Shown here: in pieces, positions 18,680 to 27,610 of the stretch
How the letters are laid out: the number at the start of each line of letters is the position of its first letter
Position numbering within the stretch: the stretch's first letter is position 1
Source: an uncultured Alphaproteobacteria bacterium
GTDB lineage: Bacteria > Pseudomonadota > Alphaproteobacteria > Bin95
Direction of reading: 5' to 3'
DNA length: 32,041 nucleotides
Assembly (NCBI GenBank): GCA_963926085.1
Contig: CAWUWV010000430.1
Coordinates: 1 to 32,041, forward strand
Notes under the pieces: generated by a model
Databases searched by the model: none
What the model saw: the letters and a program-made list of their open reading frames with translations, nothing else
What the model was told of the DNA's origin: nothing
Position numbers and translations under genes: made by a program

Positions 18680-19299
18680 TTGGTTTTCTGCACGGCTAGA
18701 CCTGCGAACATTACGTCGAGAATGGCGCGAAGTTCGGGCATGACGGTTGTTCGGTCAATCCAGTTCACCAGCGTCATTGGCATCCAAAAGGCCTTCAGCG
18801 CATTCAGGACGGCGGCAGCGGTTGGTTCCGGGTCAAGTCCGTTCAGGTGGCCAGACTCGATGCCTCGTCTGATCTCACGGGCAACGCGCTCACGTTTCCA
18901 GCGGATATGCTCCTCCAACATGGCGAGGCCGTCTGTATCCTTACAGAGGAATTCCGCCAGCTCGACGATCTTGGGCGTCCGCTCCAGTTCATCCACCAAG
19001 TGGGCGACGCCGGTCTCGATGAATATGCGGATACGTGTTTCAGGGTCGTCGCCCGCCTGCATCAGCGCCATATCCATGGCGGTTTCCATCAGGTCGAAAT
19101 ACCCGTGCACAACGGCGATGCCGATAGCCTGCTTGTTCTTGAAGAACCGATACAGATTGCCAGGCGACATTTCACAGCGCGTCGCAATATCGCCGATATT
19201 GGTTTTCTGAAAGCCGTAGTGGGAAAACAAATCAAGCGCGTGGCGGCAAATTTCAGCGCGGGTTGCAGCGGCCTGCGCGTCTGGGGACATTTCATTCAT
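18676..19299 (-). CDS. TetR/AcrR family transcriptional regulator
   Basis: N-terminal HTH: ALDLFSHYGFQKTNIGDIATRCEMSPGNLYRFFKNKQAI. ATG 19299 lies 4 nt after the upstream stop. Confidence 0.92.
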   Translation of the reverse strand: MNEMSPDAQAAATRAEICRHALDLFSHYGFQKTNIGDIATRCEMSPGNLYRFFKNKQAIGIAVVHGYFDLMETAMDMALMQAGDDPETRIRIFIETGVAHLVDELERTPKIVELAEFLCKDTDGLAMLEEHIRWKRERVAREIRRGIESGHLNGLDPEPTAAAVLNALKAFWMPMTLVNWIDRTTVMPELRAILDVMFAGLAVQKTN

Positions 19300-19303
19300 C
19301 AGA

Positions 19304-20530
19304 TCAAGCGCCGCCGCCAAAGAAGTAGGTCAATTTCACCCGCAAATAGGAATCCCGTTTAAGCGAGGATGCAAGGCCTTGATTGTCCGAATTGAGGAAA
19401 GCTTGGCCTTCAAGCCCCAATGTCATGTCATCAAACACACGGCGGCTGGCTTCTAGGCGGAGATTGGTTTCAGCGCTCTCGACATCTGTGGCGCTGGTGA
19501 AAAGCAGGCTTGAACTGGCGGGGTCGTTGAGCGCCAGCCGGGCACCCAAAATCAAGTCATTCTGGAAGATGGTCGTGGCGTCATCGAAGCGGCCATCAAG
19601 CGCATATTCGGCGATCAGGCCAAGGTCCATGTTGTCGCCATCTACGGCGAAGAGAGTGTGTTCCAATCCGCCGGTAGCGGCAGCGAAATCCTCGTTGACG
19701 AAATCACGGTTTTTCTGATTGATCCGGCCAATGCCTTCAAATTTCCAAAGCGTAGCACCAGATGTGTATTGCGCATCAAGCCCAATTTGGCCGATCAGTT
19801 CATAGAACGGACGCAGCGCGCCGCCTTGAAACACAAATGATGGGTCGCGCCCGAGACCATAGAAACCAGATACGCCAAGATCCACGTTCCCAAACACGCC
19901 TGCAAAGCGAACGGCGGCGGCGGGTGTCCATTCTTCGACGCTCGTATCATAGATCGGTCGGTCTGTATCGACGGGCAATGCGGCGCGGAGGCGGCCATCT
20001 GAGCCCGGGAAAGTGCGCTCGCGGAAATAGGGCATGATGAAAGCGGAGAATTCGCCAGCGTCCGCCAAGTAAGCCAAGCGGACAAGCGGTTGGCCCAGCC
20101 GGTCCTCATCGTCCAAATCCTCGACCTGATCTGTTTGGTTGATGATGTCGACTAGATGGACGGCCTCCGTTTTCCCCCAAAATACCGTGTCGATGCCAAA
20201 TGTTGCGGACCATGGGTCGCTGATATAATCGGCCTTCAATTCTCGGATATCGGCGTGCGTGCGATCATCATCCGCCTCATCGAAGCGGGCGAAGGGGGTG
20301 AACTTGAAGGCGATGTCACCGTCATTCCATTCCAACAGCAGCGTCGCCGTGCCAGCGATGGAGGCGGCATGGCGATCTTGGCCAGCGAATTGCGGCGCTT
20401 CGGCAAACCCGGTTGCCTCAAGCTCAATCTCACCGAATATCTCCTGATGCTCTGGTGGTGCCGCGAGCGCAGGTGTCCCGGCTAACGCGAGGGCCAGCGT
20501 TGCCAAAGCGGATGTGCGGACCGCGCCCAT
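19304..20530 (-). CDS. Outer-membrane beta-barrel protein associated with an MMPL/LolA-like system
   Basis: Signal peptide, alternating amphipathic strands, VFWGKTEAVHLVDIINQTD motif and C-terminal YLRVKLTYFF barrel signature. Start overlaps the upstream stop (TAATG). Confidence 0.8.
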   Translation of the reverse strand: MGAVRTSALATLALALAGTPALAAPPEHQEIFGEIELEATGFAEAPQFAGQDRHAASIAGTATLLLEWNDGDIAFKFTPFARFDEADDDRTHADIRELKADYISDPWSATFGIDTVFWGKTEAVHLVDIINQTDQVEDLDDEDRLGQPLVRLAYLADAGEFSAFIMPYFRERTFPGSDGRLRAALPVDTDRPIYDTSVEEWTPAAAVRFAGVFGNVDLGVSGFYGLGRDPSFVFQGGALRPFYELIGQIGLDAQYTSGATLWKFEGIGRINQKNRDFVNEDFAAATGGLEHTLFAVDGDNMDLGLIAEYALDGRFDDATTIFQNDLILGARLALNDPASSSLLFTSATDVESAETNLRLEASRRVFDDMTLGLEGQAFLNSDNQGLASSLKRDSYLRVKLTYFFGGGA

Positions 20531-23500
20531 TACCGCGCCAGGCGCTTCAGGCGATTGGCGTCAAAGTCGGCTTCGCTCAAGCCATTGCCAAACTTGTAGT
20601 TTGTCCATAGCAGATCGGTCGATTTACCGGTTTGCTTGTTCTCCATCCGCATCGTTCCAGCGCGCCAGTATTTGCCGAGATACTGCTGGTAGCCCGTGAA
20701 GGTCAGTTGCTTTTCCAGGTCGCCGCGCCGATTGAAGAAGTGGATGGTTTGCAGGCGGTATTCAGCAGTGTCCGTCCAAGCAATGCGCTTGGAGTACCCA
20801 GATTTCTTGTTCTTCGGAACACTCTCTGAAACATGACAGGTCAGGGCTGGTTCTGTCGGGCACGGCTCATCGCGGAGCCATTTGTAATCGTAGTCCGCCA
20901 CTTCCTGGCTGCCGAGGTCCTCGTATGAGAACTCTGACGATACGAACTTTCCGGTGCGATTGGAGGACGAAATCCGTTTCACGCGCTTTACGGCAGGGAG
21001 ATAGAGCCACTGGTCGTCGTCATTCGGTTCAACATTGGCGTGGGTCAGTAGTGCCGTCCCCCGGATGTCCCTTGGCTTGCGGAAGACGATGACGCCGAAG
21101 TCGCCGACATTGGTCTCGAGCCGTTCGCGGGTCTTGTTGTCGAATACGCGGCGGCTCTCGCGGCCTTGCTTGTCGCGCAGCACCATCTCTCCATTCGCCG
21201 TGAAATCGCCAAAGCCAAGGTCGCGCTGGTCTGCCTCGACGGCGATGGCCCGGCCTTTTTCTTCAGGTGTTTCTGCGCTGGCGGGGCGTGGTGTGAATGC
21301 CGTACCGGCCAGCAGGATCGCCAATGTTGCAGCAGCGACAGGTTTGATCATCGGTTTTCTCCGGGTTTCGAGCCAAATCAGCAAGGAGGGCAGGAGGAGG
21401 AAGTCAGCGACGAGCGCCAAGGTAATCGTAATTGCGGTCAATTTCGCCATGTCGCCGTTCACAGCGAAGCCGGATTGGGCCAGCACCGCAAACCCGCCAA
21501 CCAGGCCAAGCGTTGTCACGAACATTGCCATGCCGACGGACTTGAACGCATGACGTACACCATCCTCCGCGCTTGCCCCGCGCTTTCGGGCTTCGGTGTA
21601 TTTGGAGAGGAAATGGACTGTATCGTCCACCACAATCCCCAGCGTCGCCGCTAAAACGACAGCAATTGCGAGAGTGACAGCGCCAACCCCATAGCCCCAG
21701 ATACCGAACGCCATAACGGCGGGGATGATATTCGGGATCAGGCTTACCAGCCCAATCTTCAGGTTCCAGAGCGCGATGGTGATAATGCCAGATATCAGGA
21801 TCAGCGCGATGAGCGTGCCAGACAGCATCGCCCGGACATCACGGTATGAGATCAGGTTAAACACGTGAACGACACCAGTTGGTGTGACGAGCCTGACTGC
21901 CGGGTTTTCTGATTTCCAACCGGATTGGATGACGGGCGCATTGCCGTTTAACCAGTCGCCTGCGCGCAGGGTTAGGCCGCGCATGGCGGCGGTTGTCACG
22001 TTCGCCATAAGCACTGTGACACGCATGGTGCGGCGGTCCACATCTATGCGGTCCGTCAGGTCCATGCCGTAGCCGATGCTCAATTCGTATAGGAACAGAT
22101 ATTGGCTGGCTTCCTCGCGATTGTCCGGGATTTTGAAGAAGGCCGGGTCATCGCCATGCATGTTCATGTTCAGGCGTTTAATGGTGTCCGTCAGGCTGCT
22201 GACATAGGTCACTTCCGGCTGATCGCGGAGCCAATCCGTGAAAGCAGTCACTTCTTTCAGGAAGGCCGGATCATTGACGCCTTGGGCCTCGCCAGAGGGC
22301 AGGGGGAATTCGATACCGCTGACACCAGTCAGCCGTTCTTCAATGAAGTCAGCATCTTGGCGGAACTCATATCGTTCATCGAAATAACGCAGGAAGTCAT
22401 CTTCCAAGCGGAGCTGGCTAACGCCCACAGCGAGCCCTGCCACTAGCAGCGCCGTTCCTGGCAGCAGTAATTTGCGCTTGGCGATAACGAACTCAGCCAG
22501 CTTGTCCATGAGTTTGCTGGCGCCAGCCTGCGATGTGCGGCGCCCGATCGGCAGTAGGATTACCAGCGCTGGCAGGAGGGTGAGGGTGTAGACCATCGCC
22601 GCCAATACGCCGATGCCAACAACATTACCCAGTTGGCGGAACGGCGGTGAGATGGAGAAGTTCAGGCAGAAGAAGCCGATAGATGTCGTTACGCAGGCGA
22701 TCACGATAGCGCCCATATGGTCTTCTAATGCGCGGATCGCCCATTGCTTGCGATCTGCTGTTTCCACCATTGTTTGTCGGCAGGATGAGAGAATGTGCAC
22801 TGCGGACGCTACTGCAAGCGTCATGATGTAGAGCGGTGCCAGGATCGTGACGGAGTTCAGCGGTAAGCCCATCCAGCCAAGTGCCCCAAGTCCACCAAGG
22901 GCAGAAAGCGTGATTACGATCAGGACACTCAATGTGCCGAAGATGGAACGAAGCGCTAGGCCAACGATCAGCAGGATTACGATGAACATTGGCCCCAGCA
23001 GGTTCTTACTGTCCGCCTGACCAGAGACCGAGAACTGGTTGTTGATCATAACAGCGCCGCTGAAGCGGATGTCGATGAACGGATAAGCTGCTTCCAGTTC
23101 CGTCCGTAATTCCATGGCCGCAGCGACGATGGACGGGACCTCTGTCAAAGTATCCTTCTGGGGCAGGGTGAAGCGGACGGAAACCTGGGTCACATCCGTT
23201 GCTTTCGGCACGAACAGGTCGACGATTTCTACCCGCTCCAGCGCCAGGCGTTTGGCCTCAGCCGCTTCAGCCGGAGTCACAGTTGCGGGATTTTCAACTA
23301 GATCGCGGACGATCATCTCGTCGGCTTCAGAATACGTGTGTTGGAAATTCGTGATCGAATCGACCCGGCGCACGAACGGCAGGCGCCACGCCTTGTCCGT
23401 GATCTCACCGATGACGCCAAGCACCTTTGGGTCAAAAATCTCGCCGCCCTTGGGTTCGACCACAATCATCAGATTGTCATCTTTGGCGAAAGTTTCCTCA

Positions 23501-23724
23501 AATCGGTCGAGCGCCTGCCGGTCTGGATTTTCCGGGGCGAAGAAGACGCGGGCGTTTGGGTCCAGAGGCCATATCTGGTCAATCCGAGCAATGGACAAGG
23601 CCACCAGCGCGACTGTCAGCGCTAACCAGAGCCACCGGGCACCAACGATAAACCGTGCGGCGCGCCCCGTTAAGGATGTGCTCTTGTCGACAGCGGCGGC
23701 ATTGCCTGAATTCAAAGCCATCAT
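20530..23724 (-). CDS. MMPL/RND-family transporter fused to a C-terminal outer-membrane-lipoprotein-sorting (LolA-like) domain
   Basis: Two MMPL halves (TM1, periplasmic domain, 5 TMs each; LGIVVDDTVHF; TTSIGF..L..S..PPFRQLG). Residues ~792-1064 carry LolA-like motifs (FRKPRDIRGTALL, DDDQWLYLPAVKRVKRISSSNRTGKFVSSEFSYEDL). Confidence 0.88.
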   Translation of the reverse strand: MMALNSGNAAAVDKSTSLTGRAARFIVGARWLWLALTVALVALSIARIDQIWPLDPNARVFFAPENPDRQALDRFEETFAKDDNLMIVVEPKGGEIFDPKVLGVIGEITDKAWRLPFVRRVDSITNFQHTYSEADEMIVRDLVENPATVTPAEAAEAKRLALERVEIVDLFVPKATDVTQVSVRFTLPQKDTLTEVPSIVAAAMELRTELEAAYPFIDIRFSGAVMINNQFSVSGQADSKNLLGPMFIVILLIVGLALRSIFGTLSVLIVITLSALGGLGALGWMGLPLNSVTILAPLYIMTLAVASAVHILSSCRQTMVETADRKQWAIRALEDHMGAIVIACVTTSIGFFCLNFSISPPFRQLGNVVGIGVLAAMVYTLTLLPALVILLPIGRRTSQAGASKLMDKLAEFVIAKRKLLLPGTALLVAGLAVGVSQLRLEDDFLRYFDERYEFRQDADFIEERLTGVSGIEFPLPSGEAQGVNDPAFLKEVTAFTDWLRDQPEVTYVSSLTDTIKRLNMNMHGDDPAFFKIPDNREEASQYLFLYELSIGYGMDLTDRIDVDRRTMRVTVLMANVTTAAMRGLTLRAGDWLNGNAPVIQSGWKSENPAVRLVTPTGVVHVFNLISYRDVRAMLSGTLIALILISGIITIALWNLKIGLVSLIPNIIPAVMAFGIWGYGVGAVTLAIAVVLAATLGIVVDDTVHFLSKYTEARKRGASAEDGVRHAFKSVGMAMFVTTLGLVGGFAVLAQSGFAVNGDMAKLTAITITLALVADFLLLPSLLIWLETRRKPMIKPVAAATLAILLAGTAFTPRPASAETPEEKGRAIAVEADQRDLGFGDFTANGEMVLRDKQGRESRRVFDNKTRERLETNVGDFGVIVFRKPRDIRGTALLTHANVEPNDDDQWLYLPAVKRVKRISSSNRTGKFVSSEFSYEDLGSQEVADYDYKWLRDEPCPTEPALTCHVSESVPKNKKSGYSKRIAWTDTAEYRLQTIHFFNRRGDLEKQLTFTGYQQYLGKYWRAGTMRMENKQTGKSTDLLWTNYKFGNGLSEADFDANRLKRLAR

Positions 23725-23735
23725 ATCGCCTCACA

Positions 23736-23771
23736 TGAATAATGAAGATTTTGTGATATTTTCATTATTCA
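23736..23771. promoter_or_regulatory. Palindromic operator, probable TetR binding site
   Basis: TGAATAATGAA (23736-23746) and TTCATTATTCA (23761-23771) form a perfect 11-bp inverted repeat, 13/14 if extended, directly upstream of the MMPL RBS. Confidence 0.7.
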
Positions 23772-23785
23772 CGAATTAGAGTCAA
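23757..23785 (-). promoter_or_regulatory. Putative sigma70 promoter of the MMPL operon
   Basis: Minus-strand TTGACT (23785-23780), with an AT-rich GAAAAT/AAAATA 16-17 nt downstream, overlapping the palindrome. Confidence 0.45.
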
Positions 23786-23951
23786 GCATTCATTCCCAAA
23801 CTTCGCCGCGTCACGCCTTTCGCTCGCCTGAATTGGGCGGCTATAATCTCGCAATGTGTGCGTGTGCAAAGACCGCTGGTGTAATGGGATTCGAAGCTGG
23901 TCTTTGGGCTTGGGTAGGCTATGTCGCCGATGCTGGCGGCCATAGATAGGC

Positions 23952-25605
23952 ATGGATCAGGCACCTCCTGCATCAGTAGAAACTGCTACTCCAAATACTG
24001 CGCTTAAGGCAGCAAGGAGTGTTGATTATAGCCCGGGCGCTATGGCCGACCGGGCAACGGCGGGTCTCACCGGCTGTTTGTGGTTGCTCGGGCTGATATT
24101 CGCCTCTGGGTTTGAAGTGCGGGTGATTGTGAACGGCCCAGCCCCGGCCTGGGCGCTTGCGTTGGTCGGCAGTTTTGTTTGTCTTGTCCTCATCCTGGCA
24201 GTTGTGTTTGCAAGACGCGGCGGCGCGCAATCCGGCATATCAATGCCCCCGCGCCAATTGGACCGCGCCGTGCAGAAGCGGGCTCTGGCGCTTGGCGGGC
24301 CACGCGGCCTGAAGGTGCGCATACTTGCTGATACCGATGGCCCTGCAGACGCCTATTGCATCGGCCTCGGCAAGGCGGTGACGGTATATCTCTCGCCGAA
24401 CCTAGCGGCCGACCTAGAGTCCGCTGACGAAGCGCGCCGCGCCGCTTCAGAGCTGTTACTGGACCGTGCGCTCATAGATGCAGCGACAGGCGGGCGCGCG
24501 ACGTTAGCGATCGCAAAAGCGTGCGTGGTCTCAGCGCTGCTTTTCCTACCGGTTAAGTTCGTTCTTATTGGAATTTTGTGGCCGCGCGAAAAGGCGGGGT
24601 CTGGGCCAGGTTTGATGCCAGTTTCAAGCACGACTGGCGGCGTTATTTATCTTGTCGCAAGTCTTTTGATGGCCATTCTCTTGTTTGCGCTCTACCGCCT
24701 AGTCGTCCGTCGCCGTGTTTTTCAGTTGGACGGCCTGGCAGTTGCAGCCTCTGCCAATGCGGATAAGGCACGGGCCGTATTGGGCGATGCGCTTCAACAG
24801 TGGACCTTTGGGCAGCATGGCAAGCACTGGGTGCGCCCTGGCAAATCCGCCCGGATGTCTGCCCTGACAGCAACTGGCACAATTGATGGCGTTCGGCCCC
24901 CAGGACCGTTTTGGGTTGCTCTGATCCTTATGGCGTTGATGGCATTGCTGCAGATCAGTGTAGCTGGCCCCACGCCTGCGATTGCTGGTGATGCCGTCGG
25001 GGCGCTTTCTGCGATTGCCTTGATCGCCCTCAGCTTCATGCTCGCAACCCTTTTGACGCTTGATGAAGACACGAGCTTCCGTATTTGGCGCATGTCAGCC
25101 TACGCCTGTGTTCTGTCGGCGGTGATGGCTGGTGTGCTTTGGCAGCTCTTTCCAGTAACAGGCTTCGAGTATGATCCTGATGGAATGAATGGCCTTCGCG
25201 AGGCGGCGCGGCTTGAGGTCATATTGCTCGTCCTCTCGATGCCGATTGCCTTAATCGCGCTTGTCTTGGGCCAGATCGCTGCGCAAAGGTTTTTTCAGGC
25301 GGAGTTAGATAGCCTTGAAGGCCGGTTTGTCTCTGCGGGGGCAGGAGCGGTCGCGGCGGGATTTATCCTCTGGGGCTTTGCTCGCCGCATGGCACCCCCA
25401 CCAGAATTACCTAGAGGCCCGCTTCGGGGAATATGACGCGTATCTGGTGCAGGAAACTGCCTCATTTAACGGTATCGGCATCACGTCAGAACAATGGCTG
25501 GAAACAGAGCGCGCCCGCGCCCGCACAATAGCTGCACGGAGCGCATTTCACCCGCCACTCAGCGCATTCATGCTCTGGCAATCGTCGCTTCGGGTTGAGC
25601 CATGA
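23952..25605 (+). CDS. Multi-TM membrane protein with a degenerate M48/HtpX-like peptidase fold; probable frameshift near 25395-25399
   Basis: ORF 23952..25436 has many TM segments and M48-like motif order without the zinc ligands. Removing one C from CCCCC at 25395-25399 joins it to a frame ending at 25605, which overlaps the next ATG (ATGA). Confidence 0.6.
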
Positions 25606-26366
25606 GGCGGATTGCGTACCTGTTACTCCTCACAACCTGTCTGGCATTCACTGTGCCAGTGGAGGCTGTTGAGCGGAAAGCCGTGTGTGACGCGCTCACC
25701 AAGGTTTTCGATAACGCCAGACTGCAGCGGAACCTGCCCGAAACTGAACAGCAGCCTCTGGCTAGCGGTGCAGCACTCCCTGTCTGCAATATTGCGGACC
25801 AAGAGATCGCGGCACCAGAAGTGCAAAAGCCGCGCGGTTCTATCTTCGCACCGGGCCAGATCGGCCCCGGCCTGCGGTTGATGTTCTGGCTGATCATCGT
25901 CAGCCTCGCTGGGTTGATGCTGTTCCCGCTGATTTCCGGCGGTGGGCTACGCCTGTTCCGGCCATATGCCGTAGCACCGACATTGCGAACGGCGGCAGAA
26001 GTTGAAGCGGCACTGGCGGAAGCTGCCCTCAGCAAAGATCCTGCTGGTGCTGCAATGCAATTGGCCCAGGATGGATTATTGGTCGAAGCGGTGCGGTTAC
26101 TGGTGGCAGCATCGATTGAGCGGATGCGCGCCTCTGGCCGCCGTATTCGCCCGGATGCGACCAACCGCGAAATCCTGCGCGGCCTGCGGCGGTCTGCAGA
26201 ACTCGCGGAACCCTTCGGCGCGATTGTTCGCGTTGAAGAACGCGCGCTCTGGCGGGATGAAGTCATCGACCTCACGGATATTGAAGCCTGTACACAAGCC
26301 TTTGCGGGGCTTGAGGCTGCACTTCTGCCAGCGCAGGCTCCGGCCAAAACTGGCGAGGCGGCTTGA
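25602..26366 (+). CDS. DUF4129-domain membrane protein
   Basis: Signal peptide, one TM and a C-terminal A..LAQDG..VEAVRLL...IRPDATNREILR...PF..IV...ERALW pattern. Typical member of MoxR/DUF58/SpoIIM/RDD clusters. Confidence 0.75.
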   Translation: MRRIAYLLLLTTCLAFTVPVEAVERKAVCDALTKVFDNARLQRNLPETEQQPLASGAALPVCNIADQEIAAPEVQKPRGSIFAPGQIGPGLRLMFWLIIVSLAGLMLFPLISGGGLRLFRPYAVAPTLRTAAEVEAALAEAALSKDPAGAAMQLAQDGLLVEAVRLLVAASIERMRASGRRIRPDATNREILRGLRRSAELAEPFGAIVRVEERALWRDEVIDLTDIEACTQAFAGLEAALLPAQAPAKTGEAA

Positions 26367-27610
26367 TGGAACGGGTCGAAGCCAGGGAAGGTGGGTTCCG
26401 TCGCCGCCCGCTGATCGCCATGATCGTTCTAGCGGCGATTATCTCCACATATCTACTGTATGCCGATGTGCAGACGGGCGGGACAAGCGACCAACTGCCC
26501 CGCGCCGCTACTTCGAAATCCGTATCCGCACTTGGCCTCTCTGCCTTTGCGGAGTTGTTGGAGCGACTGAAATATCGGGTAAGCCGAACACGGCTGCGAG
26601 AATCCTGGGCGAGTTACGCCGGACATACCGTCGTGCTCTCCAGCTACTAAACGGAGGACGAGCTTCAGTCAGCGTTGGATCGCTTTGATGCAGCGGCGGC
26701 CATTCTGGTTGTGGCACCCAAACGCAAGGTCATTAAGGCACTGCGGGAAGACCGCTTCATTTTTGAGACGGGTCTCATAGAGCCGGATGATGTCGCTTCA
26801 ACATTGAGCAAACTCGACCAGAAAATTTCTATTGAGCAGACCAATACGACTGGCTGGCTCATTCGGTCAGAGCTTGATGCGCTTCCAGCATCTGGTGAGA
26901 CCCAGTTGGCTGATGCGTATGCTGGGCGAGGCATTATGACGGCGATTAATCCAGCACGACCCTACCAGCTTCATAGGGCGCTCGTTGTTGAGATACGCCA
27001 AGCTAGCCCACGCATTCTGTTGCTGACAGATCCAGACCCCGTGTCCAATCTGGGCATTGGCAAGGGCGAGAATGCACTCTTTGCAATCGAACTCATTGAA
27101 TTCCTGGGCGGGGACGACCGACGCATCGTATTTGATGAAGCATTTGCCGGGTCCGCGACTGGCCCATCTACGTTTGCGCGGCTGTTTGAGCTGCCATGGC
27201 TGGCGCTGACGCTGAGCTTCGGCGCACTGGTGATCGTTATCGGCTTCGCGGCTCTGAACAGGTTTGGGACGCCGAAGGAAGATATGGCGGGTGTCGCGGC
27301 TGGCCGTGCGTCGCTGATTGGTGCCACTGCCCGCTTGAACCTGTTTGAGGATAGCGGCCGCGCCGCACTTGCCCGCTATATGCGCCATTCCCTGCGCACC
27401 GTCGCTACGGGCCGTAGAGCGCCTGGAACGACTGACGTTGAGCGCGTCACGTGGCTGGATAAGCGCGCCGGCGCTAAGGCCAAAGCCGCGACCCTAAATC
27501 ACGACGCCGACGCCCTGTCCAAATCAGGCGCCAGCGAACCCAAAGCCATACTGAACCATGCCCAGCACATACACGCCTGGCGTACGGAGATGCTGAATGA
27601 GCGAGACTGA
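26366..27610 (+). pseudogene. DUF4350-domain protein interrupted by an in-frame TAA at 26648-26650
   Basis: Track ORFs 26363..26650 and 26675..27610 are in the same frame, separated by a single TAA (VVLSSY*TEDELQSALDRF). Motifs include S.SALGLSAFAELLE, LLTDPDPVSNLGIGKGENA, IVFDEA and RFGTP. Confidence 0.75.

Noticed and set aside
11501-26650. Stop-codon reassignment or pyrrolysine as the explanation for the in-frame TAG and TAA
   Set aside because: Many intact genes here end at TAA or TAG at their expected C-termini, the two internal stops are different codons, and no pyl genes or suppressor tRNA are visible.
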